A DNA stretch of 64,000 nt from Candidatus Latescibacterota bacterium (lineage in GTDB: Bacteria > Latescibacterota > UBA2968 > GCA-2709665): positions 3,872,001 through 3,936,000 of the forward strand of contig OZ250150.1 of assembly GCA_965237675.1 (NCBI GenBank), in the 5' to 3' direction. Shown here piece by piece: positions 61,233-64,000 of the stretch. The notes below the pieces were generated by a model. The model was not told the origin of the DNA, did no database searches, and saw only the letters and a list, made by a program, of their open reading frames with translations. The position numbers and the translations under genes are program-made. Positions within the stretch are counted from its first letter, which is position 1. Every line of letters starts with the position of its first letter.

Positions 61233-62486
61233 ATGTCGATGCAACAACCCGACGTCAGGCGGCGAATGCGGGTTCGGCATACGGATTGGGGAGATGCTGT
61301 ACGCATTGATCTCAATCAACTGGGTGCACGGTTGCCGTCGCACAGCACGGACGGCGTGACATGGTCGGAAGCAACCAGCGAGGCTTTGCGGGACGAATGG
61401 TCGGAATCCCAGAACGAGGCGCTGTGCGACTCGATGACGGAGGTTGCTGCCGGTATGGGAGGGGGATTCGATTCGTTTGCCGAGTGGACGGTGTTGCACA
61501 ACAAGCTGTACGACGGCACGCACATGCGCGATGTGCGTCGGGCGCGGTTCACCCGGGGGTACCGCGCGGCGATCACGACGCTCGGCTGGGCGCATCCGAA
61601 GACCTTGCTTTCGACATGCATTCAGGCGGTGGGTTACGTGCCAAAAGATCGCGTGGAGTTCGAGCAGACCGCGTGGCGGCCGGAGTCAATGTACGATACC
61701 GAGTTCATGGCGCTTTCGCCGGCCGTGGTGACGAGGTTCGGCGGAGGTCGGCAGATACACCTGTCGGGTGTTGTGGCGTGGGACAAGGAAATCAATCCGC
61801 TATTCGAAGGGCAGCCGGAACGTCAGATTACCCACGTATTCGACCTCATTCAGGGTGTATTCGAGGAAGGCGGCGGAACGCTGTCCGACGTGGTCCGCCT
61901 GCGTCCATTCGCCCACTCAACCGACATTGCGAAGATTATCCGGTGCGAAGTGAACCGGCGCTGGGCCGGCCTCCCAGGGCCCGTCGTGCTGATGTCGGAC
62001 AGCCGGCGCTTTGGCGACCCGCCGAGGCTCTACACGGAAATTCAGGTCATGGGCGTCATGTCGGATGACCGGTTTGAGGTGGGGCACTCCGAAATTGAAC
62101 TTCCTCCGGGGGTACTGGACGACGGCACCACGGGGATTCGCAGCAGTCGTGCCCGCGACTGGGAACTGATTCAGGTGGGCGAACTGCGTGCGGCGCCGGG
62201 TGCGGGCCCCGCCCAGGAGGCGGAGCAGTTGGCCGCGCAAATGGCCGCTGTCCTCGAGCATGCCTCGCTCACACCAGACGACGTCTGCCTGACGTTTGCC
62301 TATATCAGTTCGCTTGAGATTGCCGGTGCGTTTTCGAAAGCTGTACCTCAGGCGGCGCCGTTGGACACGTTGCACGTGTTGCCGTGCCCCGCAATGCCGG
62401 AATTGGAGGGCCGTCATATCAAGGTTGAGATGACGGCAAGGAGACTCCTGAAGCCGGTCTCCCGGACGGGTTCCGGGGCGCTCTGA
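61233..62486 (+). CDS. RidA/YjgF-like multi-domain protein
   Basis: Central IHLSGVVA..QITHVF..GGTLSDVVRL..EIQVMG; two further degenerate copies. Confidence 0.65.
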   Translation: MSMQQPDVRRRMRVRHTDWGDAVRIDLNQLGARLPSHSTDGVTWSEATSEALRDEWSESQNEALCDSMTEVAAGMGGGFDSFAEWTVLHNKLYDGTHMRDVRRARFTRGYRAAITTLGWAHPKTLLSTCIQAVGYVPKDRVEFEQTAWRPESMYDTEFMALSPAVVTRFGGGRQIHLSGVVAWDKEINPLFEGQPERQITHVFDLIQGVFEEGGGTLSDVVRLRPFAHSTDIAKIIRCEVNRRWAGLPGPVVLMSDSRRFGDPPRLYTEIQVMGVMSDDRFEVGHSEIELPPGVLDDGTTGIRSSRARDWELIQVGELRAAPGAGPAQEAEQLAAQMAAVLEHASLTPDDVCLTFAYISSLEIAGAFSKAVPQAAPLDTLHVLPCPAMPELEGRHIKVEMTARRLLKPVSRTGSGAL

Positions 62487-62610
62487 GGAGAACGACGACA
62501 ACCTGCCGATCATCGCAGGTTTCGCCCGGTCCATACTGGAACGAACATCGACACTAACCGGTCTAATATAATGAAGTGTGTGCCTCCGACAACCCCATAA
62601 AGGTCCGGAA

Positions 62611-63501
62611 ATGCGTATAAGCGCAACGGGTTTAACGAAAATCTATCCGAAGGGGACCGTGCCCGCGCTGGATCGTGTGGACCTGGAGATCGGACGGGGG
62701 ACATTCGGGATCCTGGGTCCGAACGGTGCGGGAAAAACCACGCTCATCAAGATTCTTTCAACCCAAATGGAGCCAACGGCAGGTCAGGCAAGAATCGGTG
62801 CGTGGGACCTGCAGCGCAACCGTTCCGAAGTGCGTCGCAGGCTGGGTTATCTTCCGCAACACTTCGGGGCATATCCGCAACTGACAGCGTGGGAATTTCT
62901 GGACTATATGGACCGGCTGGCGGACGGGCGCCGTCGGGGCGGAAAGAGGGAACGGGTGCGGGATGCACTTGAGAGCGTCGGGCTCTACGGCGCGCGCAAC
63001 CGGCGAACCGGCACGTTCTCCGGCGGAATGATGCGGCGGCTTGGCATTGCGCAGGCCATTGTCGGTAATCCTGAGATCCTGATTGTGGATGAGCCTACCG
63101 TGGGGCTCGACCCGGAAGAACGCATACGCTTTCGGAGGATTCTCGCCCGGTTGAGTCGAGATCGGACAATCTTGATTTCCACCCATATTGTGGGTGATGT
63201 CTCGAGTACGTGCGATGATCTGGCCGTACTGGATGCCGGGCGGGTCGTCTACAGGGGTTCTCCCGCGACGCTAGTAACGCGCGCAAAGGGCAAGACCTGG
63301 CGGGTGCAGGCGGACGACGCCGGTTTCGAAACGCTCTCCAAACGGTTTCTGGTCGTGACGGTTGCCGTGGACGGAGACCTGTTGGATCTCCGGATTGTGG
63401 GCGACGGCGATCCTCCTGCCAATGCGGAACCGGTTCCGCCAAATCTTGAAGATGCGTATGTCTATTTTATGGGTATGGAGAATATGGAAAGGGCGGCGTG
63501 A
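62611..63501 (+). CDS. ABC transporter ATP-binding protein
   Basis: [24 protein letters not shown]. Confidence 0.93.
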   Translation: MRISATGLTKIYPKGTVPALDRVDLEIGRGTFGILGPNGAGKTTLIKILSTQMEPTAGQARIGAWDLQRNRSEVRRRLGYLPQHFGAYPQLTAWEFLDYMDRLADGRRRGGKRERVRDALESVGLYGARNRRTGTFSGGMMRRLGIAQAIVGNPEILIVDEPTVGLDPEERIRFRRILARLSRDRTILISTHIVGDVSSTCDDLAVLDAGRVVYRGSPATLVTRAKGKTWRVQADDAGFETLSKRFLVVTVAVDGDLLDLRIVGDGDPPANAEPVPPNLEDAYVYFMGMENMERAA

Positions 63502-63513
63502 GTCGCATTGAGG

Positions 63514-64000
63514 ATGGATACGGCTTTTACCATATTGTCGGTTGCCTGGTATGAACGCAAAATGCTGATGCGGACGACCAGGTTTCGCATTCTGGGCGGT
63601 ATTGGGGTACTCATCCCCGCTGTTCTCGGCGTTGGCTTGGCAATCGCGGAAGCCAGGGGCGTCGAATTCGAATCTGTCAGCGGAATTGGTGCCTATATGC
63701 CCTTTTTCGTTTACAGTTTTCTGCAGACCGTCGTGATCGCGTTTGTTGTGGGAGATTTCCGCGCTGCGGATGAGCGGGCTGGAATCTATGAGGTGGTTGC
63801 GGCCCGGCCGCTGTCTACGGCCGAACTGGTGATGGGCAAATACCTGGGTGTTCTGGGCGCGCTGTTCACGCTGAGCATGGTTGTGCTGGTGCTCAGCCTC
63901 GGAGTTCATGCGGCTAAAATCAGCATTACGGGTGCTCCGTTTGACATTCGACCCTACCTGGCGTACCTGCTGCTGCTGAACCTGCCGGGGCTCATTTATA
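63514..64000 (+). CDS. ABC-2 type permease, 3' partial
   Basis: Frame MDTAFTILSVAWYERK.. is open to the window end; hydrophobic helices and RPLS..VMGKYLG motif. Confidence 0.8.
   Translation, partial: MDTAFTILSVAWYERKMLMRTTRFRILGGIGVLIPAVLGVGLAIAEARGVEFESVSGIGAYMPFFVYSFLQTVVIAFVVGDFRAADERAGIYEVVAARPLSTAELVMGKYLGVLGALFTLSMVVLVLSLGVHAAKISITGAPFDIRPYLAYLLLLNLPGLIY

Noticed and set aside
1-64000. CRISPR array, rRNA, prophage or transposase genes
   Set aside because: No regularly spaced repeats, rRNA signatures or phage/transposase motifs seen

Overview
GC-rich (~60%) bacterial chromosomal segment. Secreted proteins with FlgD-Ig/T9SS-like C-termini plus cohesin/dockerin modules suggest an FCB-group lineage such as Latescibacterota (inference only). 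It has a housekeeping core (apt, tRNA-Arg(CCT), ruvX, mltG, pcrA/uvrD, gatC, pyrG, lptC-lptA-lptB, rpoN, IHF/HU) flanked by accessory metabolic genes. The most notable items are: (1) a promoter-driven ~110-nt leader that can fold into a three-stem, double-pseudoknot RNA directly in front of an ankyrin protein with a distinctive N-terminal helical domain; (2) a two-gene, non-catalytic cohesin-dockerin system built from five lamin-tail domains behind a sigma-54 promoter; (3) a selenocysteine formate dehydrogenase operon (in-frame TGA plus SECIS) followed by an unusual methyl/formyl-amine cluster (homocysteine-MT/SAM-MT fusion, orphan DMFase beta, BHMT, TPP enzyme, orphan MgdA-like oxidase, apparent triple-Rid fusion); (4) a two-copy MITE-like repeat in gene leaders; (5) two pseudogenes (arsC, class-V aminotransferase). 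All calls come from reading motifs by eye; no database searches were run.
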